Source of the DNA: an uncultured Gemmatimonadales bacterium
Lineage (GTDB): Bacteria; Gemmatimonadota; Gemmatimonadetes; Gemmatimonadales; GWC2-71-9
Length of the DNA: 64,000 bases
Direction: 5' to 3'
Assembly: GCA_963795085.1 (NCBI GenBank)
Contig: CAWCFX010000006.1
Location: 64,001 to 128,000, forward strand
Part shown: piece by piece, positions 1-8,877 of the stretch
How the letters are laid out: each line of letters opens with the position of its first letter
Numbering within the stretch: position 1 is the first letter of the stretch
Made by a program: the position numbers and the translations under genes
Notes under the pieces: model-generated
What the model was told of the DNA's origin: nothing
What the model saw: only the letters and a program-made list of their open reading frames with translations
The model's database searches: none

Positions 1-305
1 GAGCAGATTCATGAGCAAAGGGTCAAAGGTTGGTGGGCCGGGATACTATGACAAGAGATATTCGGCATCCATGCGAGAGGCTCGGCATCTACTGAATTCG
101 AGGCTGACAAACACGAACAACAAACGAAGAAAAGAACCAAAGCACGAACCAACAACGCCGTTTCGATTTTCTCTGTTTCCTGTTCAGCCAGGCTCACATG
201 CAGGACGCCTCTTTCTGTTGTCTTTCGTGCTTTGGTGATCTGGCTGTGAGACACCAGAAGGACCGCGCGAGTTGTCCGGGTCAGGCTCGCTTTTACCGCT
301 CACTT

Positions 306-2720
306 TCACAATAGCGACACCGGGTCCCGGTCAATGGTCACCCGGACGTCTCCCGCGCCGGTGATCTTGCCGGCCGCGTAGCGGACCACTTTGCCGATCT
401 CCTCCGACGGGCCCTTGAGGAGGAAGTGCCAGCGCCAGCGGTCCTTGATCCTGGCCAGGGGACAGGGCGCGGGGCCCAGCAGGGTGACCGGAAGGCGGTA
501 TTTTTCAACCAGGGCAGCGCACCAGTCGGCGGCACGGAGCGCTTCTTTCGAGACCGCGGTATCGTCGGGCCCGGAGACGACCACGTTGGCGAGCGCGGTG
601 ACCGGCGGGTAGGGTGGCGAGGTGCGATGGCCGAGTTCTTCCGCCAGGAAGGAATCGGGATCGTGCCGGGCCGCCCACTGCAGGGCGTGGTGACCCGGGT
701 TCCTGGTCTGCACCACGACCCGGCCGCCGCGGGGACCTCGCCCGGCGCGGCCGGCGACCTGAGCCAGCAGCTGGAAGGTCCGCTCCGAGGAGCGAAAGTC
801 CGGCAGGTGCAGCCCGGTATCGGCGTCCACCACGCCTACCAGGGTCACGTTGGGAAAATCCAGCCCCTTGGCAATCATCTGGGTGCCGAGCAGAATGTCC
901 ACCTCGCCCCGTTCGACGGCGCCCAGGATGCGGTGGTGAGACCACTTGGAGCTGGTGGTGTCGAGGTCCATTCGCGCGACTCGGGCCTCGGGGAAACGAG
1001 CCCCGAGCATCCGCTCCAGTTGCTGGGTTCCCACGCCGCGCATCTGCTGGATGTCCTCGCCGCAGGCCTGGCACGCCGTGGGGATCGACTTTTCGAGGCC
1101 GCAGTAGTGGCAGCGGAGGGCGCGCGGCGTATGGTGGACCGTCAGGGAGATGCTGCACCGGGTACACTCCTCGACGGTGCCGCAGTCGGGGCACTGGAGA
1201 AAGGTGGCGAACCCGCGCCGGTTGAGCAGGAGCAGCACCTGCTCGCTCCGGGCCAGCGCGGCGCTCACCGCCTCGTCCAGCGGTACGCTCCACGGGACCG
1301 CCCCCGCGTCCCGGACCCGGTCGGCCGCCCGCATGTCCACGATCTCGACGGGGGGCAGCGGGCGGGCTCCGATGCGCGAGGGGAGGCGAATCACCCGGGT
1401 GCCCTCGGCCGCCCGCGCCATCGTCTCGGGGGACGGAGTCGCGCTGCCGAGGAGCAGCCGGGCGCCTTCCAGGCGGGCCCGGACCAGGGCGACGTCGCGG
1501 GCATGGTAGCGGGGCGTCTCCCCGTTCTTGTAGCTGGACTCGTGTTCCTCGTCCAGCACGATGAGACCCAGGTCCTGGACCGGCGCGAAGACTGCCGAAC
1601 GGGCACCCACCGCCACCCGGCGCTCCCCGCGGCGAAGCAGGCGCCAGGCATCCGCCCGCTCGCCGTCGGAGAGACCGCTGTGGAGCACCGCGACCTGGTC
1701 GCCAAAGGCGCCCCGGACCCGCGCGACCGTCTGCGGGGTGAGCGCGATCTCCGGCACCAGCAGGATGGCGCCGCGGCCCCGGGCGAGAACTTCGCGCACC
1801 GCCTCCAGGTACACGAAGGTCTTGCCACTGCCGGTGACTCCGAAGAGCAGGCCGCTCTCGCCGGGTCCCAGCCGGGCGACCTCCGCCAGCGCCGCCACCT
1901 GGTCGGGCGTGGCCGCCGCCGGTGGCGGCGTCGCGATTTCCTCCGCGAACGGATCCCGCACCCGTTCCGCCTGCTCCACCGTCACCAGGGACCGGTCGGC
2001 CAGCGCAGTGATGACCCCGTCGGAAAAGCCCAGTTGCTGCTTGAGATGGCGGGCCTGGGCGGTGCCGCCCAGTTCCTCCAGCGCCTCGTAGAGCCGGCGC
2101 TGCTTCGGCGCACGCTTGAACAGCTGTTCCCGCTCCACCAGGGTCAGGCGGTGCTCGCTCAGGGCAACCACGCGCTCGGTGGCGACGTTGCCGCCGGCAT
2201 CGGGTGGTTCGACCTCCAGGGTGACCGCACCGACCCGGGCTAACCGGTTGAGGGCATTCCACACCGGGCGGCGGAGGGATTTGGCCAGGGCCTGCACCGG
2301 GGCTGCCCCGCCCCGCCTCTCAAGCAGGTCGAGAATTTCCTTTCCGGTTCCGCCGGGAACCGCAGCGGCATCGGCCACCCGGGCAATGACCCGGGACGCC
2401 CCCCAGAGGCCGCCGGGCAGCACGGCCCGCAGGGTCAGGCCGAGGGGCGATCCGTAATAGCGGCTGATCCACTCGGCGGTCTTGAGCAATGCCTCCGGAA
2501 TCGCCGGCTCGGGGTCAGGCGCCGCGAGGATTTCCCGCGCCGTCATTCCAGGATCCGGGGTGTCCACCCCCACCACGATGCCGACCAGTTCCCGCTGGCG
2601 CACCGGCACCACCACCCGGGCGCCGAGGGCGACCCGGTCAGCCAGGGCAACCGGAATTTTATAGGTGTACGGTTCGGCCAGCGGTAGGGGGAGCGCGACC
2701 AGGCCGAAGCCTGTGGTCAT
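306..2720 (-). CDS. priA: Primosomal protein N' (replication restart helicase)
   Basis: GVTGSGKT, LVPEIALTPQ, DEEHE, Cys-rich CxxC cluster, QVAGRAGR; start moved to ATG 2720 (ATGA overlap with upstream stop). Confidence 0.97.
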   Translation of the reverse strand: MTTGFGLVALPLPLAEPYTYKIPVALADRVALGARVVVPVRQRELVGIVVGVDTPDPGMTAREILAAPDPEPAIPEALLKTAEWISRYYGSPLGLTLRAVLPGGLWGASRVIARVADAAAVPGGTGKEILDLLERRGGAAPVQALAKSLRRPVWNALNRLARVGAVTLEVEPPDAGGNVATERVVALSEHRLTLVEREQLFKRAPKQRRLYEALEELGGTAQARHLKQQLGFSDGVITALADRSLVTVEQAERVRDPFAEEIATPPPAAATPDQVAALAEVARLGPGESGLLFGVTGSGKTFVYLEAVREVLARGRGAILLVPEIALTPQTVARVRGAFGDQVAVLHSGLSDGERADAWRLLRRGERRVAVGARSAVFAPVQDLGLIVLDEEHESSYKNGETPRYHARDVALVRARLEGARLLLGSATPSPETMARAAEGTRVIRLPSRIGARPLPPVEIVDMRAADRVRDAGAVPWSVPLDEAVSAALARSEQVLLLLNRRGFATFLQCPDCGTVEECTRCSISLTVHHTPRALRCHYCGLEKSIPTACQACGEDIQQMRGVGTQQLERMLGARFPEARVARMDLDTTSSKWSHHRILGAVERGEVDILLGTQMIAKGLDFPNVTLVGVVDADTGLHLPDFRSSERTFQLLAQVAGRAGRGPRGGRVVVQTRNPGHHALQWAARHDPDSFLAEELGHRTSPPYPPVTALANVVVSGPDDTAVSKEALRAADWCAALVEKYRLPVTLLGPAPCPLARIKDRWRWHFLLKGPSEEIGKVVRYAAGKITGAGDVRVTIDRDPVSLL

Positions 2721-3739
2721 CGGCGGGTGACGCCCAGCCCCGGACCGGTCGGCAGGCTCACCTGGCCTCCCGCGATGCTGGCGCCCTGGAACGGATCGTC
2801 CGCCAGCAGCGCCGCCCCATCGAGGTCCACGATGTCCACCAGCGGGGTGAAATGAGCCGCCGCCGTGATGGCGAGGGAGCTTTCGATCATGCAGCCCACC
2901 ATTACCATCAGCCCGTGGGCCCGGGCCAGCGCGATCATCCGGAGCGCTTCGCGAAGGCTGCCGCACTTGGCCAGCTTGATGTTGATCCCATCCACTTTGC
3001 CGACCAGCGACGGGATGTCGGAGACGGTCTCGCAGTCTTCATCCGCGATCAGCGGGATGTCGGCGCGGCGGCGGATCTGCTCCATGCCATCCAGCTGGCG
3101 GGGCGGCAGTGGCTGTTCCAGCACCGTGACCCCGAACTCCCGGAGGACCGGCAGCATCCGGATGCTGTGCTTGACGGTCCAGCCGCAATTGGCGTCCACC
3201 CGCAGTTCCTTGTCGGTAACGTCCCGGATGGTCCGCAGGATGTCCAGGTCCTGGTCACTGCCCAGCTTGATCTTGAGGATCGGGTACTGGGCGGCCTCCG
3301 CGACCTTCTTCCGGATCATCTCCGGGGTGTCGATGCCGATGGTAAAGGTGGACCGGGGGGCCTTCGCGGGATCGAGTCCCCACAGCTGGTAAACCGGAAC
3401 CCCCAGTTTCTTCCCCACCAGGTCATGGAGCGCGGCCGACAGCGCGGCCCGGGTCGCCGGGTTCCGCTTGAGCAGGGTGAACCAGCCCAGCTCGGCGTCT
3501 TCGATCTTGAACGGGTCGTCGGGCAGCAAAGTGGCGTAGGTGTTGAGCGCCCCCAGGACCGTTTCCGTGGTTTCGCCATAGAACCTGGTCGGCGCGGCCT
3601 CGCCCCATCCCTCGAGGCCGTCCTCGTCTATCAGCTTGACCAGGACGGTCTCGTAGTCGCTGCGGCCGCCCCGGGCAATGATGAAGGGATGCCGGGTACG
3701 CAGGTTCAGCACTTCGGCTTCGAGGCGGAGACGGGACAC
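2717..3739 (-). CDS. Dipeptide (L-Ala-D/L-Glu) epimerase, enolase superfamily
   Basis: GWGEA, LKIKLG, RVDANCGW, EQP, ADE, INIKLAKCG, GCMIES, DLDG motifs. Confidence 0.9.
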   Translation of the reverse strand: MSRLRLEAEVLNLRTRHPFIIARGGRSDYETVLVKLIDEDGLEGWGEAAPTRFYGETTETVLGALNTYATLLPDDPFKIEDAELGWFTLLKRNPATRAALSAALHDLVGKKLGVPVYQLWGLDPAKAPRSTFTIGIDTPEMIRKKVAEAAQYPILKIKLGSDQDLDILRTIRDVTDKELRVDANCGWTVKHSIRMLPVLREFGVTVLEQPLPPRQLDGMEQIRRRADIPLIADEDCETVSDIPSLVGKVDGINIKLAKCGSLREALRMIALARAHGLMVMVGCMIESSLAITAAAHFTPLVDIVDLDGAALLADDPFQGASIAGGQVSLPTGPGLGVTRR

Positions 3740-3802
3740 GAAAGTTTCCTTGGGGAGCGGTGTCGGAGAATATAATGGCGCCGGCCCGGAATAGAGCGCC
3801 GC

Positions 3803-4711
3803 CTACGCCCCCAGCGCCGCCACGTGCGCGGCCACTCCCTCGGCGACCCGTTCCGGCGCGTACCCGCCTTCCAGCATGGAGAGAATCGGCACCCCGGGCA
3901 GGTGTTCCCGGAGCCGGCGGGTCAGTTCGACGTAGTGTTCCGGCTCCAGCGTGAAGCCGCCCAGCGGATCGCCGGCCATCGCGTCGAAACCGGCCGAGAT
4001 GCAGACGAGGCCCGGTGCCCACCGGGCGGTCGCGGCGGCGATGGCGTTCCACAGGTCGCCGACGTATCGCTCCGCCGGGAGCCCGGGAGGCCGGGGCACG
4101 TTGAAGATGTTGCCCACGCCTCGCTCCGATTCCGCACCGGTGCCGGGATACCAGGGCCACTGGTGCAGGGAGACGTACCGGATGCTGGCGTCCTTCTCCA
4201 CGATATCCTGCGTCCCATTGCCGTGGTGAACGTCCCAGTCGATGATGAGGACGTTACCGCAGCCTCGCGACTGGGCTTCCCGCGCGGTGACGGCGGCGAG
4301 ATTGACCAGGCAGAACCCCATCGCGTGGCTGGCGGAGGCGTGGTGGCCGGGGGGGCGGACGGCGAGGAAGGCATGTTCCCCCCGCTCGAGGGCCCCGGGC
4401 AGCGCCCCCATCGCGGCGCCGGCGGCGCCCAGGACGGCGGCCCAGCTCTGGCCGTTGAGAAAAGTGTCGGACTCGACCTGGCCGCCGCCGTGCTGGGCGA
4501 CCGCCTCCAGCCGGTCGAGGTGGGCGGCCGGATGCACGCGGAGCAACGGCTCACGGGTGGCGGGCGCCGCCTCGACCATGCGGACTCCAGGCTCGCCCGC
4601 CAGCCGCTGGAGAATCGCCGGAAGCCTCCGCACGGAGTCCGGATGGCCGGGGCCGGGATCGTGCTCCCGGCAGGCCGCGCTGGTGTACACAGTGGCGGTG
4701 GTTTCGGTCAC
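3803..4711 (-). CDS. Histone deacetylase family (Zn-dependent) protein
   Basis: RPPGHHA, GFC, DWDVHHGNGTQ, YPGTG, SAGFDA, LEGGY; GTG 4711 preceded by GGAGG. Confidence 0.93.
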   Translation of the reverse strand: MTETTATVYTSAACREHDPGPGHPDSVRRLPAILQRLAGEPGVRMVEAAPATREPLLRVHPAAHLDRLEAVAQHGGGQVESDTFLNGQSWAAVLGAAGAAMGALPGALERGEHAFLAVRPPGHHASASHAMGFCLVNLAAVTAREAQSRGCGNVLIIDWDVHHGNGTQDIVEKDASIRYVSLHQWPWYPGTGAESERGVGNIFNVPRPPGLPAERYVGDLWNAIAAATARWAPGLVCISAGFDAMAGDPLGGFTLEPEHYVELTRRLREHLPGVPILSMLEGGYAPERVAEGVAAHVAALGA

Positions 4712-4824
4712 GGCGTCCGTCCCCTCCCGCCGGATGAGACGGGCTCGCGAAGACACCCCAGGCCAGAAAAGTTGGTTCTCATGATAGAGGCGCGGCTCCT
4801 CAACCCGCTCGCCGCTGGGTGTTC

Positions 4825-5112
4825 CTACGTCCCGGGTTCGCTGTCCCTCTGCTGTACCAGTCGCCTGAGCTCGACGATCTCGGCCTGCAGCGCGTCGCGG
4901 ACCTGCGCCACTTCCGCGAGGGTCCGGGCGTAGCGGCGGGAATACACCACAATGCCGGCCGACATGAGCAGCAGGGCGACGCCGAGGGCGGCCATGAGCC
5001 AGCTCCGGAGGTACCAGGCGGCCATCAGCAACAGAATGCCGTCGAGCAGGAGCAGCCCGACGGCAATCACGGTCATGGTCCGGCGGGGAGGCCGGCCGCC
5101 GGTGGTGGTCAT
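4825..5112 (-). CDS. Small two-TM membrane protein with C-terminal coiled coil
   Basis: Two hydrophobic stretches then heptad-like LAEVAQVRDALQAEIVELRRLV; 7 nt after upstream stop. Confidence 0.7.
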   Translation of the reverse strand: MTTTGGRPPRRTMTVIAVGLLLLDGILLLMAAWYLRSWLMAALGVALLLMSAGIVVYSRRYARTLAEVAQVRDALQAEIVELRRLVQQRDSEPGT

Positions 5113-5119
5113 CGGCGGG

Positions 5120-5377
5120 TCAACGCACTGCCTGCCGGCGCCGGGGCAGCATGATGAGCGCGGCGTTGCGCACCAGGCCCAGGTCGGCCAGGCTCTTGTC
5201 CTCGTTCAGCAGCTGGGCGCCCCGATACTTGACCACGTAGCGGTCCGGATCGGCAGGAACCCGGCCGAGGTCGAGGACCTGCTGCTTGAGCTGGGCCAGC
5301 GGGGTGTCGCCGGAGATATCCAGATGGAACTCGTCCCACACGTCAGTCAACATGACCCGCACCGGCATGGTGGTCAT
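5120..5377 (-). CDS. Ubiquitin-like beta-grasp protein (EsaB/YukD-like), 85 aa
   Basis: By-eye alignment to ubiquitin pattern; ATG 5377 overlaps upstream TGA. Confidence 0.75.
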   Translation of the reverse strand: MTTMPVRVMLTDVWDEFHLDISGDTPLAQLKQQVLDLGRVPADPDRYVVKYRGAQLLNEDKSLADLGLVRNAALIMLPRRRQAVR

Positions 5378-5649
5378 CGCTGCGGCTCCAGGGCGGGCGT
5401 GGGAAGCGTTGACAGGAAGCGGCTCACCGCCTGGTCGAACAGGAGCGTCGAGGCGCGAATCCGGGTGACTCCGTCCGCCGCCGTTACCGCGAAGACGACT
5501 TCTTCCCCGCCCTGTCCGCGCAGCACCAGGAATCCGGGGCCTTCCTTTTCCAGGTAGGCCGCCGTGAGCGGCACCCGCTCCGCGAAAAAGGTCCGGGCGC
5601 GCGCCAGCACCTCGGGCGGCTCCACCGTGGTCACGTACTCGTGGATCAT
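5374..5649 (-). CDS. Hypothetical protein, 91 aa
   Basis: ATGA overlaps at both ends; globular alpha/beta-like composition. Confidence 0.75.
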   Translation of the reverse strand: MIHEYVTTVEPPEVLARARTFFAERVPLTAAYLEKEGPGFLVLRGQGGEEVVFAVTAADGVTRIRASTLLFDQAVSRFLSTLPTPALEPQR

Positions 5650-6791
5650 GGCCGCTTTCTCCAGACAGAAATGCCGGTGGGCTGGGCGGGGACCGCAATG
5701 GTGGCGACGATCGCCTTGGCAGCCAGGTCGATCATGTCCACCGACCCCGGGTCGGCCCCGATGGATTCGGCGGTAATATAGGCGTAGCGGCCGTCGGGCG
5801 AGAATGCGACTCCGTGGACGATCTTCTTGGACGTGGGAATGCGGGCGATCTCGGTGAGAGTGCGGGTGTCCACCAGGCTCACGCTCTGCGCCTTCTTGTT
5901 GGTGACCACGACCAGCCCCCCATCGGGGCTGGGTTCCACGTTATAGGCCCCGGTGCCGACCGGGATCTCCCGGGTCAGCGTCAGCGTCGCCGCGTCCCAG
6001 ACCTGGAGGCTGTTGCCGTAGTTGCACGCGGCATAGAGGGTCCGGTCGTCGGGAGAGACGGCGACGAAGGTCGGCGCACACTCCCGGGTCAGGGCCGGGT
6101 TGAGCGGCGGCGCCGGCGCGCCCCCGGGGGCCGGAGCCGACAGCGCCTGGTGGCCGGCGTGCGTCCCGGTCGCGGCGGCCTGGTGGCCGGTCCCCGTCCG
6201 CACCCGCCGGGTGATCGCCAGCTCGGCCACGTCCAGCTCCAGCAACTCGTCGCTGTGCATGCAGGAGATGTACACCCGGGTACCGGCATGGTTGGACTTG
6301 ACCCCGTGCGGCATGTCGCAGGCGGGGAGGTTGGTAATGTTGGTCATGGTGGGCGTGTGCACCACCGAGACGGAATTGACCCGGGGCCGGTCGCCGTGAA
6401 AGTCGGAGTTGGCGACGAAGGCCAGTTCGCCGTCCGGCGTGGTGACGACCGTGGTGGGAAACAGTTCTACCGGCGCCCGGCCCGTGACGCTGTCGCCGTC
6501 GGCGGCCATCTGCCAGAGCGATCCATAGGGCTGCCCGTGGGCCATGGTGATGTAATAGAACCGCTGGTCCGGAGAGACGAAGATGTTGTGGGGGCCATCG
6601 ATATCGGCGGGCATGATGCCGACCGGCACTACCCGGTCCACTTTCAGCGACTGGGGACCCGGCTGGATCCAGGTGACGATGTCGCCCGATTCACTGACCA
6701 CGCCCAGCTGATAATTGAAATCGGCGCCCTGCGCCGGAGCGGCCGAGGGGGCCACCGCGAGCAGCAGCAAGGCGAGCGAGTACGGTTTCAT
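5646..6791 (-). CDS. Exported YncE/YVTN-type beta-propeller protein
   Basis: Signal peptide MKPYSLALLLLAVAPSAAPAQ; repeated (S/T)PDG blades; ATG 6791. Confidence 0.85.
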   Translation of the reverse strand: MKPYSLALLLLAVAPSAAPAQGADFNYQLGVVSESGDIVTWIQPGPQSLKVDRVVPVGIMPADIDGPHNIFVSPDQRFYYITMAHGQPYGSLWQMAADGDSVTGRAPVELFPTTVVTTPDGELAFVANSDFHGDRPRVNSVSVVHTPTMTNITNLPACDMPHGVKSNHAGTRVYISCMHSDELLELDVAELAITRRVRTGTGHQAAATGTHAGHQALSAPAPGGAPAPPLNPALTRECAPTFVAVSPDDRTLYAACNYGNSLQVWDAATLTLTREIPVGTGAYNVEPSPDGGLVVVTNKKAQSVSLVDTRTLTEIARIPTSKKIVHGVAFSPDGRYAYITAESIGADPGSVDMIDLAAKAIVATIAVPAQPTGISVWRKRP

Positions 6792-6812
6792 GCGAGCCCT
6801 GGGTACGGGACA

Positions 6813-6861
6813 GTGCAGAGTGCAGCGTGCAGCGTGCAGAGTGCAGAGTGCAGAGTGCAGA
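6813..6861. repeat. Heptamer tandem repeat (GTGCAG[A/C])x7
   Basis: Read directly; lies in the spacer just after the stop at 6869. Confidence 0.95.
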
Positions 6862-6868
6862 GTGAAAA

Positions 6869-7567
6869 CTACCGGGGTTGGGGGCGGGCCGCCACCTCCA
6901 CCTGGGCCGGTTCCATCCGGCGAAACAGGTCCAGCAGGGCCGGTTTTCGGCGGAGTACGATGACCAACTGGCCCGGCGGCGGCTCGTCCAGGCCGGTCAC
7001 CACCAGGTATGCGGGGAGCGGGAGACCCCCGGGTAACGCGACCCGGTAGCCGGTCCCGTGCCAGGCGAAGTCCAGGGTGGCCGGGGTCCGCCGGACCACC
7101 CGGTCGAGAAAGAAGTCGTCGTCCACCTGGTACACCCCTGGGACCACTTCCTCTCCGCCCAGGAAGAAGAGCGGGTCGAAACCCTCGCCATCCTGGCGGG
7201 CGAAGTTCTCCTCTGCCGCACGGTCGAAGTCCTCCAGCGCATCGGCGCGGGCCCGCCACTCGAGGTGGTGTCGCAGCTCGTGGGTCAGGGTCTGGAAGGC
7301 CTCTTCCTCCCAGTCAAACTCCGGGTCCAGCCGGGCCAGGGCCCGGAAGGAACCGTGGTACAGCACGATGCGGCTCTGGATATCCTGGAGGGCGGCGTCG
7401 TCGGCGAGCGGGCTGGGAATGCATTCCCCCAGGGTGTACACATCGGCCCGGAGCGGATGCGGCAGCACCGCGGCGGCCACCGTGATCTCGGCAACGCCCT
7501 CGAGGAAGTGCGAGGGCACCTGCTCGGCCAACTGGCGCACCAGGGCTTCAAATGCGGCGAACTGCAT
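6869..7567 (-). CDS. Zincin-like metallopeptidase family protein
   Basis: RIVLYHGSF followed by TLTHELRHH (HExxH). Confidence 0.8.
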   Translation of the reverse strand: MQFAAFEALVRQLAEQVPSHFLEGVAEITVAAAVLPHPLRADVYTLGECIPSPLADDAALQDIQSRIVLYHGSFRALARLDPEFDWEEEAFQTLTHELRHHLEWRARADALEDFDRAAEENFARQDGEGFDPLFFLGGEEVVPGVYQVDDDFFLDRVVRRTPATLDFAWHGTGYRVALPGGLPLPAYLVVTGLDEPPPGQLVIVLRRKPALLDLFRRMEPAQVEVAARPQPR

Positions 7568-7576
7568 CCCCTCCGC

Positions 7577-8863
7577 TCACGGCGCGGCGGCGCCTTCGAG
7601 CGCCTGCCGCAGGTCGGCGATGATGTCCTCGAAGTGCTCGACCCCAACGGACAGGCGGATCATACCGGGCGTAATGCCCATCCTGGCCTGGAGCTCCGGA
7701 GGAATGTCGGCGTGAGTCATGGTCCCCGGGTGCTCGGCCAGCGACTCGGTCCCTCCCAGGCTGACGGCGAGCTTGATCATGGCCAGTCGGTTGAGCACCC
7801 GGAAGGCGGCCGGTTCCCCGCCGTGCACGGTAAAGGCGATGATCGATCCGGGCCCGCTGCACTGGCGGGCGTAGACCGGCTGCATGGGATGGTCGGCCGG
7901 GAGCAGGCCCAGGAAGGACACCAGGGCCACGGCGGGGTGGCCCTGGAGAAAGTCGGCCACGTAGCGGGCGTTCTTCATCTGGGCCGTCATCCGCATCTTC
8001 AGCGTCTCGAGGCTCCGCATGAGGAGCCAGCCGGTCCAGGGGCCGGCCATGGTCCCCATGAACGTGCGCAGGGTGCGTACCGCCTTCATGGGTTCGGTCC
8101 GGCCCAGGCAGGCACCGGCAATGACGTCGCTGTGGCCCCCGATGAACTTGGTGGCGGAATACAGCACCAGGTCGGCGCCGTGGCGGAGCGGCTGTTGCCA
8201 TATCGGGCCGAGAAAGGTGTTGTCCACCAGGAGGGGCGGCGGCGGGGCGGCGCCGGCGAGCCGGTCGAGCAAGGCCCGGGTGCCCGCGATGTCCACCAGG
8301 TCGTTGGTCGGGTTGGCCGGCGTCTCCACGAGGCAGGCGGCGATGCGGCGCCCTGCGACCCGCCGCCCCAGCTCCGCTTCCAGGTCGCCCGGCTGGCGCC
8401 CGGCGGCGAAGCCCACCGGGTGCACGCCCAGTTCAGGCAGGAAGTGGCGGATAAAGTGATCGGTTCCGCCATAGAGCGGCTCGCTGTGGAGGAGGACATC
8501 GCCCGGCCGAACGAAGGCGAGCAAGGTGGTGGTGATGGCGGCCATCCCGCTTTCAAACACCGCCGCGCTCTCGGCCCCGTCCCACACCGTGAGCCGGTCT
8601 TCGAGAATCTCCAGGTCGGGATTGTTGAGCCGGCTGTAGATGAGGCCGGTGGCTTCCCCCGGCTCGGCTTCGCGAAGGCCGTACGCCACCGCGAAGAAAT
8701 CCTTGCCCGCTTCCGCCGATTCGAAGACGAAGGTGGAGGTCTGAAAGATCGGGCACTTGAGGGCGCCTTCGGAGAGCCGCGGATCGTACCCGTAGCTCAT
8801 CATCAGGCTCTCTGGCCGAAGCGGGTGTCCGTCCGGCAGGGTCAGGTGCTTCTCGGAGGTCAT
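7577..8863 (-). CDS. Cystathionine gamma-synthase / methionine gamma-lyase family PLP enzyme
   Basis: PIFQTSTF, YSRLNNP, SGMAAI, ETPANPT, VDNTF, YSATKFIGGHSD, AVSLGG. Confidence 0.92.
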   Translation of the reverse strand: MTSEKHLTLPDGHPLRPESLMMSYGYDPRLSEGALKCPIFQTSTFVFESAEAGKDFFAVAYGLREAEPGEATGLIYSRLNNPDLEILEDRLTVWDGAESAAVFESGMAAITTTLLAFVRPGDVLLHSEPLYGGTDHFIRHFLPELGVHPVGFAAGRQPGDLEAELGRRVAGRRIAACLVETPANPTNDLVDIAGTRALLDRLAGAAPPPPLLVDNTFLGPIWQQPLRHGADLVLYSATKFIGGHSDVIAGACLGRTEPMKAVRTLRTFMGTMAGPWTGWLLMRSLETLKMRMTAQMKNARYVADFLQGHPAVALVSFLGLLPADHPMQPVYARQCSGPGSIIAFTVHGGEPAAFRVLNRLAMIKLAVSLGGTESLAEHPGTMTHADIPPELQARMGITPGMIRLSVGVEHFEDIIADLRQALEGAAAP

Positions 8864-8877
8864 CGGTTGCAGGTCCT

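Noticed and set aside
9..254. ORFs 9..254 (-) and 11..238 (+)
   Set aside because: Atypical composition, no RBS or motifs, and they overlap repeated non-coding motifs.
6813..6861. Short repeat arrays as CRISPR
   Set aside because: Units are 7-9 nt, tandem, without spacers; no cas genes.
6792..7259. N-terminal extensions of the propeller gene (and adk) reading through heptamer arrays
   Set aside because: LHSALCT-type peptides are translated repeats; better starts exist at 6791 and 23320.
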